From positions 1 to 17,753 of the forward strand of contig JBBDTI010000081.1 in NCBI GenBank assembly GCA_040904565.1: a DNA stretch of 17,753 nt, written 5' to 3'. A program made the position numbers and the translations under genes. The notes beneath the pieces are model-generated. The model saw only the letters and a list, made by a program, of their open reading frames with translations, ran no database searches and had not been told where the DNA came from. This stretch comes from Rhodothermales bacterium. Lineage in GTDB: Bacteria; Bacteroidota; Rhodothermia; Rhodothermales; VXPQ01. Position 1 is the first letter of the stretch. Every line of letters begins with the position of its first letter. Of this stretch, positions 1 through 7,444 are shown piece by piece.

Positions 1-2
1 AA

Positions 3-42
3 TGAGGCGTACTTAATCAGTTAACTGAGAATGTACGCCGCA
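3..42. repeat. Imperfect inverted repeat with a perfect 12-bp palindromic core (TCAGTTAACTGA); possible terminator or protein-binding site
   Basis: 17-28 is a perfect palindrome, GGCGTAC (6-12) pairs with GTACGCC (33-39), and TG (3-4) pairs with CA (41-42). It lies about 50 nt downstream of the stop of the 90..1010 minus-strand gene. Confidence 0.55.
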
Positions 43-89
43 GTGATCGGCGCGGAGTGCAACGCAGAGATGCGGGAATTATCAACGGC

Positions 90-1010
90 TTAGCGCAGAG
101 CACGTAGCCAGTCATTCACCTTCTTCACGACGACCGCCGCGACGGCCGTTCGGGCTGCGTTCACAACCGTGTTCGAAAAGTCGCGCCCCTGGTCGACGCG
201 TTTCTTCGCTCCCTTGCGGGCCTTTTTGGAGCGCTTTTTCAGCGTTTTGGACAGTTCGTCCGCCGCATCTTCCAGTGCCCGAACCGACCGCGCCGTAGAA
301 TCCGCCAGCGATTCAGCGATCTCGTCCGCACGCCTTGACGCATCCTTCGAGACGTGTCCCGCTCGCCGAGATACGTCCTTGCCGGCTTTTTCCGCTCGGC
401 GTGAGATCGTTTCTCCAGCTTCTCTAGCACGAGCGGAGAGCTCCTCGCCGGCATCTCGCGCGTGTTCCGTCAAATCGCCGCCCCGTTCCGTAACGAACTC
501 GCTGACGTCGTCGGCAGACGCTGCGGCTCGCCGCAGTTGTACGGCAAGAGCTTCTCCCAGCTCCTCGACATAATCACCGGCACGCCCCCCCAGCTCGTCG
601 GCATAATCACCGGCACGTCCTCGCAGCGCGTCCGCCTTATAGCGTGCGCGATCCGTCAACGACGCAGGCTCCGAGCGAAAGGCGCTCGAAAGCAGTCGGC
701 CCGACACGATACCTGCGCCCACGCCAAGCAGTACGGCCAGGACCGGATTCTCGTCCACCCATCCTTTTGCTCGGGAGCGGGCCCGGTCGAGATCGATATT
801 CGAGACTTCCTCGCGAAGAGACCGCACCGCTTCGTTCATTTCCTTGCGTGCTCGTTCGTAGGCCTGTGTCAGCTCATCGGCCTGGCGGTCCCTCCAATTT
901 TCCTGTGTGTGCGGTTCGTCGCCCGTTCCGCCGGACGTATTACCTGACCGTTGATTTCCATTTGCGCTCGGTTGATCGACACCTGCCTGTTCGTGCTCTT
1001 CCATGGCCAT
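90..1010 (-). CDS. DUF883/ElaB-like membrane-anchored protein with a LEA/apolipoprotein-like helical repeat domain
   Basis: 306-aa ORF. The internal motif WVDENPVLAVLLGVGAGIVSGRLL resembles the ElaB/YqjD 'VxxxP-hydrophobic-GxxxGxxxG' anchor and is followed by Ala/Glu/Arg-rich 11-mer repeats. Purine-rich AGAAGG precedes the ATG. Confidence 0.75.
   Translation of the reverse strand: MAMEEHEQAGVDQPSANGNQRSGNTSGGTGDEPHTQENWRDRQADELTQAYERARKEMNEAVRSLREEVSNIDLDRARSRAKGWVDENPVLAVLLGVGAGIVSGRLLSSAFRSEPASLTDRARYKADALRGRAGDYADELGGRAGDYVEELGEALAVQLRRAAASADDVSEFVTERGGDLTEHARDAGEELSARAREAGETISRRAEKAGKDVSRRAGHVSKDASRRADEIAESLADSTARSVRALEDAADELSKTLKKRSKKARKGAKKRVDQGRDFSNTVVNAARTAVAAVVVKKVNDWLRALR
558..623 (-). 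repeat. Intragenic 33-nt tandem duplication (GRAGDYADELG / GRAGDYVEELG)
   Basis: 558-590 and 591-623 share CATAATCACCGGCACG exactly and have similar flanks. Confidence 0.85.
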
Positions 1011-1085
1011 ACCTTCTGTAAATATTCGTGTGCTACAACAATCGATGTATTTCTGTCGATGAGGATCTCGATCGGGCCGGGCGTA

Positions 1086-1310
1086 CTACCTCCGCCTCAA
1101 GACACCGATAAGAAAACCGACGACAAATCCTGAAAGCAGGGCAAGCTCCGGGCGAACGCGTATCCATGCTCTAACGTCATCCTGCCACAGCGCCTCCCGG
1201 CCTCCTCTCCCTTGCGGTGTCCGATAGCCGGACGATCGCTCGTCGGACGAGGCGCGCCCCGTGACGGACTGCGCGGGCGAGGGCCCTGATGTTGACGGGG
1301 TATTCGGCAT
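1086..1310 (-). CDS. Small ElaB/YqjD/DUF883-like tail-anchored membrane protein
   Basis: C-terminus WIRVRPELALLSGFVVGFLIGVLRRR matches the DUF883 C-terminal TM helix with basic tail. It starts 23 nt after the stop of the upstream paralog. Confidence 0.75.
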   Translation of the reverse strand: MPNTPSTSGPSPAQSVTGRASSDERSSGYRTPQGRGGREALWQDDVRAWIRVRPELALLSGFVVGFLIGVLRRR

Positions 1311-1333
1311 GAGGATGCACCAACCGCTTCGAC

Positions 1334-1678
1334 TTATCGTTTCGACATCAGTACGCCCAGAACGACGCCGATCACAAAAGACGTCAACAGTGTCCCACCC
1401 GGGTTATCCCGCACGAACGTACGACTGCTCTTATATGCATCGGACGCCTGCTCTCCGATTCGGTCCGCGGCCCGGCCGAGTTGCTCGAACGACTCCGCAG
1501 CGGCCCGCTCGAATTCCTCGAGTTCCGCAATCTCTTCCGGCGTCATTCCGGCCATTCCCGACGTGCGATCCGCTTCTTCGGACGGGCGCCCGTCCGTCGA
1601 GCCTTCTGCCTGTGCTTCAGCCGCATCATCTCCCGCCAACGGTGCGGTACCTTCTTCCTTCTTAGACGTCATGGTCAT
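1334..1678 (-). CDS. ElaB/YqjD/DUF883 family protein
   Basis: Charged helical N-terminal region, then FVRDNPGGTLLTSFVIGVVLGVLMSKR. SD-like TAAGGTG lies just upstream of the ATG. Confidence 0.8.
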   Translation of the reverse strand: MTMTSKKEEGTAPLAGDDAAEAQAEGSTDGRPSEEADRTSGMAGMTPEEIAELEEFERAAAESFEQLGRAADRIGEQASDAYKSSRTFVRDNPGGTLLTSFVIGVVLGVLMSKR

Positions 1679-1760
1679 ACACCTTATATATTACACATCC
1701 TTCTAGAGCGTCCGTTCTACGCACAAACCGACGACTCGAACCCAAAAACGGCTCCGTCGG

Positions 1761-1800
1761 CTCTCCTTCATTCTTTATAACTCTCCTTCATTCTTCATAA
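1761..1800. repeat. 20-nt tandem direct repeat in a divergent intergenic region
   Basis: CTCTCCTTCATTCTTTATAA (1761-1780) and CTCTCCTTCATTCTTCATAA (1781-1800) are 19/20 identical. Confidence 0.9.
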
Positions 1801-2093
1801 CGCTGAGAAGCGGATTCCTTCCACGTCCACGATCTCTTTCGGACAAATGACCCGCTTTTTGCAACATATTTACTATTTTTCGCTTTACATGAGTCGGCAG
1901 CGGCGAAGAGGGTTTTTCCTGCCTCTCAAGTCCTCGTCGTCGGCATGGTTCGTCCACCGGGGATGAACCCGGAACCATTGGTGCGGACAACCATTTTCCA
2001 GCCGAGACCCGCCAGAGAAGGCGCTCACGGCTGTCGGTGACGTTGTCAGCGACAGCGTCCTGCCGGTACTACGACGTCCCATATTATCCCTCT

Positions 2094-5000
2094 ATGCGAT
2101 TTCTACTGACGGTTCTCCTTTCGGCGGCGGTGATAACGATCGCCCTGCCTACGTTTTCCGCGCAGATGGAGGCGACAGCCCAGCTCGAATCGACGACGGC
2201 TGAGCGCGACTTTGCACAGGCGTACGAACTGTTTTCCGGCCGGCTCTATCGGGCTGCCGCCCATTCATTCGCGGCGTTTCTAAGACGACATCCCGACCAC
2301 GTCAATGCGGCCGACGCCCTGTATTATCAGGCGGAGGCCTCGATGGCGTTGGGACACGATGAAGAGGCCGTAGCCCTCTTCACCCGGATGGAACGGCGTT
2401 TCCCCCAGCATCCACTGGCGGCCACGTCGCGCCTTGCGCTCGGTAACTATCTCTATAGCACGGAGCAGTACGAACGGGCCATCGACGTCCTTTCCGAGGT
2501 CCTGGCAGATGAACCGGGGGCTGAGATGTCGTCGACGGCGCTCTATTGGATGGGTGAGTCGGCGCTTAATCTGGACCGTAACGAGGAGGCCCTTGACTAT
2601 TTCCATCGGGCAGCGGACTCCTATCGTAACACGGAGACGGCACCGGTCGCGCTGTATGCCATCGGCTTCACTCAAGTAAAACGAGGCCGCTACGACGCCG
2701 CTGCCGAGGCCTTCGAGCTGCTTGCCGCCCGGTACCCCGAATCATCCTATGCCCGCAACATCGGGCTGGCCCTGGCGGAGGTGTACTACGAGCTGGGCGA
2801 CTATCGCCGGGTGATCGAGGAGATCGAGCGCCGGATGGGAACGCTGGGTGACGACGCCAGAGAGCGAGGACTCTTCCTTCAGGCCGAATCCTACAATCAC
2901 CTTCGAGACAGCGAACAGGCCATCGTCCATTATCGTCGCTTTACGGAAAGCAATCCGGAAAGTCCCTATCACCGCCGCGCCCTATACGGTCTCGGATGGA
3001 ACTACTATTTCCAAGGTGTCCACCAGTGGGCGATCGATCAGTTTGCCGAGGTGCGCCGTGGTCACGGAGACGATCTTGCAGCGCGCGCGACATATTATGA
3101 GGCTGTCAATCGCGGCCTCGCCCAGGAAATGGGGTCGGCGATCGAGCTTCTGGAGACCTTCATCGACCGGTGGCCGGAGCACGAGCTGGCGGACCGGGCC
3201 CTGTTCGAGCTGGCCGTAGGCTACTACGGGCAACGCCGCTGGAACGATGCCCACGAGGTCTTCACGGACGTCGTGGAGCGCTACCCGAATAGCGAGCAGG
3301 TGGGGGAGGCACTCTATTACCGGGCGAACGCGGCCGTCGCGATGGGAGACTTCGAAGACGCCCTCGAAAGCTTCGATCGTGCCGCCGATCTCGGGGCCGC
3401 CCCTCCCCGCCTTAGAGAGGAAGTGCGATTTCAGCGGGCATGGCTTCAGTATCGTAGCGGCAACTACGCGCCGGCTCTCGATGGCTTCCTGGAGATCTAC
3501 GACGACGCGCCGCAGTCCGAGCGCGGCCAGGAGTCCCTCTTCTGGGCGGCCGAGAGTCAGTTTCAGCTCGGAAATCTGACGCGGGCTGCCGAGATGTTCT
3601 CCACGTACATTCAGGACGTTCCCGGCGGACAACATCGGGACGCCGCCCACTACGCGCTCGGATGGACGCATTTCCGCCGCAGCCAGTACGGCCCTGCGGT
3701 TCGGGAATTTCAGACGTTTCTCAACCAGTATCAGGAGTCGTCGTCCACCGAGTTCGTTCCCTATCGGACCGATGCCCTTCTCCGGCTCGCAGACAGTCAT
3801 TATGCCCTCAAGCAGTATTCCGAGGCCATTCGCACCTACCGCCGCGTCATCGAGCAGGCCGGCGATTACGCACTCTATCAAATCGCCCAGGCGTTCTACA
3901 ATTCGGGAGACGCCTATGAAGCCGTCAACGCCTATCGCGAACTGCTCGAGTTTTACGCAAGCAGTCAGTGGGCGGAAGAGGCTCGCTATAACCTGGGATA
4001 CGTGTTTTTTCAGAACCAGGATTACGAACAGGCCATCGAGGAGTACCGCACGCTGATCGCCAGGCATCCAAACGACCCGCTGGCGGCACGAGCCCAGTAT
4101 GGGATCGGTGACGCGCTGTTCAACGACGGTCGTCCCGAAGAGGCCATCGAAGCCTACCAGGTCGTGCTGGATCGCTACCCGAACAGTCCATACGTCGCGG
4201 ATGCCGCATCCGGAATTCAGTATGCGCTGATATCGCTGGGTGACGAAGAGCTGGCCAACGAGATGATCGAGGAGTATCTGGCGGAAAATCCCAACTCGCC
4301 CCTGGCCGACGAGCTCCGCTTTCGGCGCGCCGAGGTAAACTACCAGAGCGGCCGCACGAACGAGGCGCTGCGCGAACTGCAGCAGTTCGTCCGGACGAGC
4401 CAGAACGAAGGCCTTTTCCCCGAGGCGTACTACTACCTGGGGATGATTTTCGATGAACGGGAGCAGGACGAGGAAGCGGCCTCGTATTTCAGACAGATTG
4501 TGGAGTCCTATCCCGGCAGTGCTCGATTTCACGACGCCGCTCGAAGACTTGGCTTCATGTACACGGAAGGGGATCGACCGCGTGATGCCCTGGAGGTCTT
4601 CCGCCAGCTCGAATCAGACGCCGAGGGCGACGAGCGGATTGTCGCCGAGGCGCGATACGGGCAGGGAATGGCGCTCATGCAGCTTGGAAGACCCGAAGAA
4701 GCGGAGCGCCTCCTTCAGGATGCCATCGATGCCGCGCCTGACGCACCGGAGACCTACCCGGCCTATCTGGGTCTCGCCCGCGTCTACGAAGAAGCGGATC
4801 GGCGCCAGGATGCAATCGCCATGTACAGGCAGGTCGTAAGAAACAGCCGCGACGAGATCGGCGCGGAAGCCCTCTATCATCTCGGCGCGCTGCTCAGAAC
4901 GTCCGGCAACCCGCGAGCGGCTCTGGACGAGTTGGGACGGATGTCCGTGCTCTTTACAGGCTTCACGGAGTGGGTGGCTCGAGGCTATCTGGAACAGGCA

Positions 5001-5120
5001 CGTGCCTTCCGCGACCTGGGACAGAACGGCGACGCTACGCAGATGTACGACCGCGTCATCAATGAATTCAATGGAACGTCTTTCGCAGAGACGGCCCGAC
5101 AAGAGAAGGAGGCGCTTTAG
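2094..5120 (+). CDS. Large periplasmic tetratricopeptide repeat protein (CpoB/BamD-like TPR units)
   Basis: ATG 2094 gives the Sec signal peptide MRFLLTVLLSAAVITIALPTFSA-Q and is preferred over GTG 2037. The whole mature protein consists of TPR units such as 'ERYPNSEQVGEALYYRA', 'RHPNDPLAARAQYGIGDALF' and 'DAAHYALGWTHF'. Confidence 0.93.
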   Translation: MRFLLTVLLSAAVITIALPTFSAQMEATAQLESTTAERDFAQAYELFSGRLYRAAAHSFAAFLRRHPDHVNAADALYYQAEASMALGHDEEAVALFTRMERRFPQHPLAATSRLALGNYLYSTEQYERAIDVLSEVLADEPGAEMSSTALYWMGESALNLDRNEEALDYFHRAADSYRNTETAPVALYAIGFTQVKRGRYDAAAEAFELLAARYPESSYARNIGLALAEVYYELGDYRRVIEEIERRMGTLGDDARERGLFLQAESYNHLRDSEQAIVHYRRFTESNPESPYHRRALYGLGWNYYFQGVHQWAIDQFAEVRRGHGDDLAARATYYEAVNRGLAQEMGSAIELLETFIDRWPEHELADRALFELAVGYYGQRRWNDAHEVFTDVVERYPNSEQVGEALYYRANAAVAMGDFEDALESFDRAADLGAAPPRLREEVRFQRAWLQYRSGNYAPALDGFLEIYDDAPQSERGQESLFWAAESQFQLGNLTRAAEMFSTYIQDVPGGQHRDAAHYALGWTHFRRSQYGPAVREFQTFLNQYQESSSTEFVPYRTDALLRLADSHYALKQYSEAIRTYRRVIEQAGDYALYQIAQAFYNSGDAYEAVNAYRELLEFYASSQWAEEARYNLGYVFFQNQDYEQAIEEYRTLIARHPNDPLAARAQYGIGDALFNDGRPEEAIEAYQVVLDRYPNSPYVADAASGIQYALISLGDEELANEMIEEYLAENPNSPLADELRFRRAEVNYQSGRTNEALRELQQFVRTSQNEGLFPEAYYYLGMIFDEREQDEEAASYFRQIVESYPGSARFHDAARRLGFMYTEGDRPRDALEVFRQLESDAEGDERIVAEARYGQGMALMQLGRPEEAERLLQDAIDAAPDAPETYPAYLGLARVYEEADRRQDAIAMYRQVVRNSRDEIGAEALYHLGALLRTSGNPRAALDELGRMSVLFTGFTEWVARGYLEQARAFRDLGQNGDATQMYDRVINEFNGTSFAETARQEKEAL

Positions 5121-5131
5121 CGGTTATCTCG

Positions 5132-6940
5132 ATGATGTATAAAAGCCGACATTTCATGACCTGCATCCGCCCCTATGCCGTCGTTCTCTGCGCGCTGCTC
5201 CTTGCATCAGCATTGGTCGGACCCTCGCCCGTGAGCGCGCAGGACGATCCGAACGATACCCAGCAGGGGCAGGTCCTACCCGACATCGCCCCGCGCGTCG
5301 TGGAGATCCGAGGCAACCTGGAGCTTTCGCTGCCCACACTGCAGCGCCAACCGTTGATCGGATTCAACCCACCGCCTCGGGTAGCGGCGGTACCGCCCGA
5401 TCGTCGGCCGTACGTGGAAGACTACAAACAGGAAAGCATCGACCTCCCACCGAGCCCTCTGCGTCCGCCAGACCCCCCTCCCGCGGCGTCGTTGATTGGT
5501 GGTACGCCGCTCAACGGGTCGCTTAAAGCGGCGGGCGGACTCTACCTCAGCCGATCGCTTGATTTTCGGTCGGAATGGGGCGTGACGGATCGTGCCGCCA
5601 TCTATTCGCGGTTGGACTACGAGGGAAGCCTGGGACACGACGCAGCCGGATCCTTTGAGGAGGACGTAACCGCTTCCTATGATGCACTGGATGCCCTGGT
5701 AGGGGTTCAAAACACCACGAGATGGGCCACCGTGGGTTTCGAGATCGACGGATTCCTGAACGCATACCGCCTCTTCGGTGCCTTTCCGGCCGCCGATTAC
5801 CCGGCGCTGCGCGACGACCCTCCTTTCAGAGACGGCCGCGGTGGCGGCGCGTTGCTTCGGGTCACGACGCAGGCAGCGACGGGTGTAGACCTCGATCTTA
5901 GCGTACGCTACGGCGTGGCCCAGTACGAGACGGATGCTCTCAGCGGAGTGGTCGGAACGGGCGCGAGCGTAGACCCCGACGCATTCCTCCGCGAGGAGGC
6001 CTCGCTGGAGCTGGAGAGCCACCTCGGCGTTCCGCTCTCCGAGCGATCGGACGTCCTGGGGGACGTTCATTTCACAGGTTTGGGCTTTGGTGAGACCATT
6101 GGAAGCGACGTCGTGATGCTCGACGGGGCCGGCGGCGCGCGCCTACGAGTCGAAAATCGGGTCGAAATCACGGGTCTGGCCAGGCTGATGAGCTTCTCGC
6201 AGGGGGACACGTCATCCGCCTTTTTCGCCTCGCCCGATCTGCTCGTCAACATCTATCCGACCCGGGGCTTCCGCCTGTACGCACAGAACGCACCTCGCGC
6301 GGAACACCGGTCGACGGCGTCGATGTACCGCCTCAACCCGTATCTGGTTGACGGTCCCCTCGTACAACCGACGATCTATACGGTAGATGCTCGGGCCGGA
6401 GCTCGCGTACAGATGGGCCTGTTTGAGGCCGACGCTCATCTGGGCTACTCCCGAGCTCCCCATTTTCGGTATTTCGAGCGTGCAACGAATGCCGAGAGCG
6501 GCGGCTATAGACATGGCATGATCGCAGCGCGCTACGACGGTGCCGCCATTTCATACGTCGGGGGCGACGTTTCCGTGAGTCTGCCGGCGGGTTTTCACGT
6601 GAGCGGTGGTTTGACCGTCCGCGACGGAGCGTTGACGGACGATGATCGGGACATACCCTATTTCGCTCCCATGATCGCTCGAGGCGGACTATCCTGGTCC
6701 GTGGGCAGGGCGTTCATCCAAGCCACAACGATCTTTGAGTCCGCCCGCGACGTGGATGCCGCGGGAAGTCGCCGTCTCGGTGATTTCTTCGACCTGGATG
6801 TCGACGCATCCTACCGCTTGACCGATCGTCTTGGAGCCCTCCTCCGGTTCCAGAACCTCAGCAGCGGCTACCTGGAGCGCTGGGAGCACCACGAGAGATC
6901 GCCGTTCATCATTTCTGCGGGGATCCAGGCGCGATGGTGA
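5132..6940 (+). CDS. Outer-membrane beta-barrel protein, TonB-dependent-receptor-like (TPR-associated type)
   Basis: Signal peptide ends VSA-Q and is followed by a Pro-rich N-terminal segment and amphipathic beta-strands. The TBDR-like C-terminus is 'FFDLDVDASYRLTDRLGALLRFQNLSS...FIISAGIQARW' with a terminal aromatic residue. It starts 11 nt after the TPR stop; the true start could be 5132, 5135 or 5156. Confidence 0.8.
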   Translation: MMYKSRHFMTCIRPYAVVLCALLLASALVGPSPVSAQDDPNDTQQGQVLPDIAPRVVEIRGNLELSLPTLQRQPLIGFNPPPRVAAVPPDRRPYVEDYKQESIDLPPSPLRPPDPPPAASLIGGTPLNGSLKAAGGLYLSRSLDFRSEWGVTDRAAIYSRLDYEGSLGHDAAGSFEEDVTASYDALDALVGVQNTTRWATVGFEIDGFLNAYRLFGAFPAADYPALRDDPPFRDGRGGGALLRVTTQAATGVDLDLSVRYGVAQYETDALSGVVGTGASVDPDAFLREEASLELESHLGVPLSERSDVLGDVHFTGLGFGETIGSDVVMLDGAGGARLRVENRVEITGLARLMSFSQGDTSSAFFASPDLLVNIYPTRGFRLYAQNAPRAEHRSTASMYRLNPYLVDGPLVQPTIYTVDARAGARVQMGLFEADAHLGYSRAPHFRYFERATNAESGGYRHGMIAARYDGAAISYVGGDVSVSLPAGFHVSGGLTVRDGALTDDDRDIPYFAPMIARGGLSWSVGRAFIQATTIFESARDVDAAGSRRLGDFFDLDVDASYRLTDRLGALLRFQNLSSGYLERWEHHERSPFIISAGIQARW

Positions 6941-7216
6941 TAGACGTCGAACAACGAATCCGTCGGCACGGCGCCGAGACGGTGCTGGAGAAAGGGGCTT
7001 GGCGTGCCGAAGGACGGATACGAGCTGCTCGAAGGTCCTGCTACGCGAACGGCGTGAATACGAAGCGGAGCGGTTTAATGACATGCGCCAACCTCTTATT
7101 TTGAACGATGTACGCTCTCGCTAAGGGTCAGCCTGGTGGTGCCCTCACGGACCGATCAATTACGTATCTTGTAGATCACCGTGGAGAGTCCTTTGCAGCA
7201 ACACACTGAACATTCC

Positions 7217-7444
7217 ATGCCGACGCCTCCACGAGATCAAATCGAAAGCGTCCTTGCCGATATCGTCAGGGAATCGCTGACAGCGAGCGAGTCCGTCGCC
7301 GTCCCAGGCCTGGGCACCTTCGCGGTCGAGCACAAGACCAGTTCAAGGGTACGTTCCGAGCAGGGCGAGCTAACGTTCATTCCCCCGCGCGACGAGATTG
7401 TGTTTACTCCCGAGCAGCAGGATTTTGCTACTGATGACCGTTGA
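7217..7444 (+). CDS. HU/IHF-like (HU-CCDC81-like) small protein
   Basis: 'IVRESLTASESVAVPGLGTFAVEHK...IPPRDEIVFTP' matches the HU fold pattern (VxIxGxGxF...IPxxxxxxFxP). ATG 7217 is preferred; GTG 7181 is the alternative. Confidence 0.8.
   Translation: MPTPPRDQIESVLADIVRESLTASESVAVPGLGTFAVEHKTSSRVRSEQGELTFIPPRDEIVFTPEQQDFATDDR

Noticed and set aside
1775-2082. 71-aa and 65-aa minus-strand ORFs in the divergent intergenic region
   Set aside because: No motifs, atypical composition, and they overlap the repeat and AT-rich promoter-like DNA.
2982-4532. 516-aa minus-strand ORF
   Set aside because: Antisense shadow of the TPR gene with no recognisable motifs; long shadow ORFs are expected with GC-rich codon bias.
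2094-5120. Calling the TPR gene bamD or cpoB
   Set aside because: It has no lipobox and is several times longer than either protein; only the repeat type is shared.
6831-7124. 97-aa ORF and weak hairpin (~6960-6982) after the barrel gene
   Set aside because: The ORF overlaps the barrel gene out of frame and looks random; the hairpin is short and has no U-tract, so it is not called a terminator.
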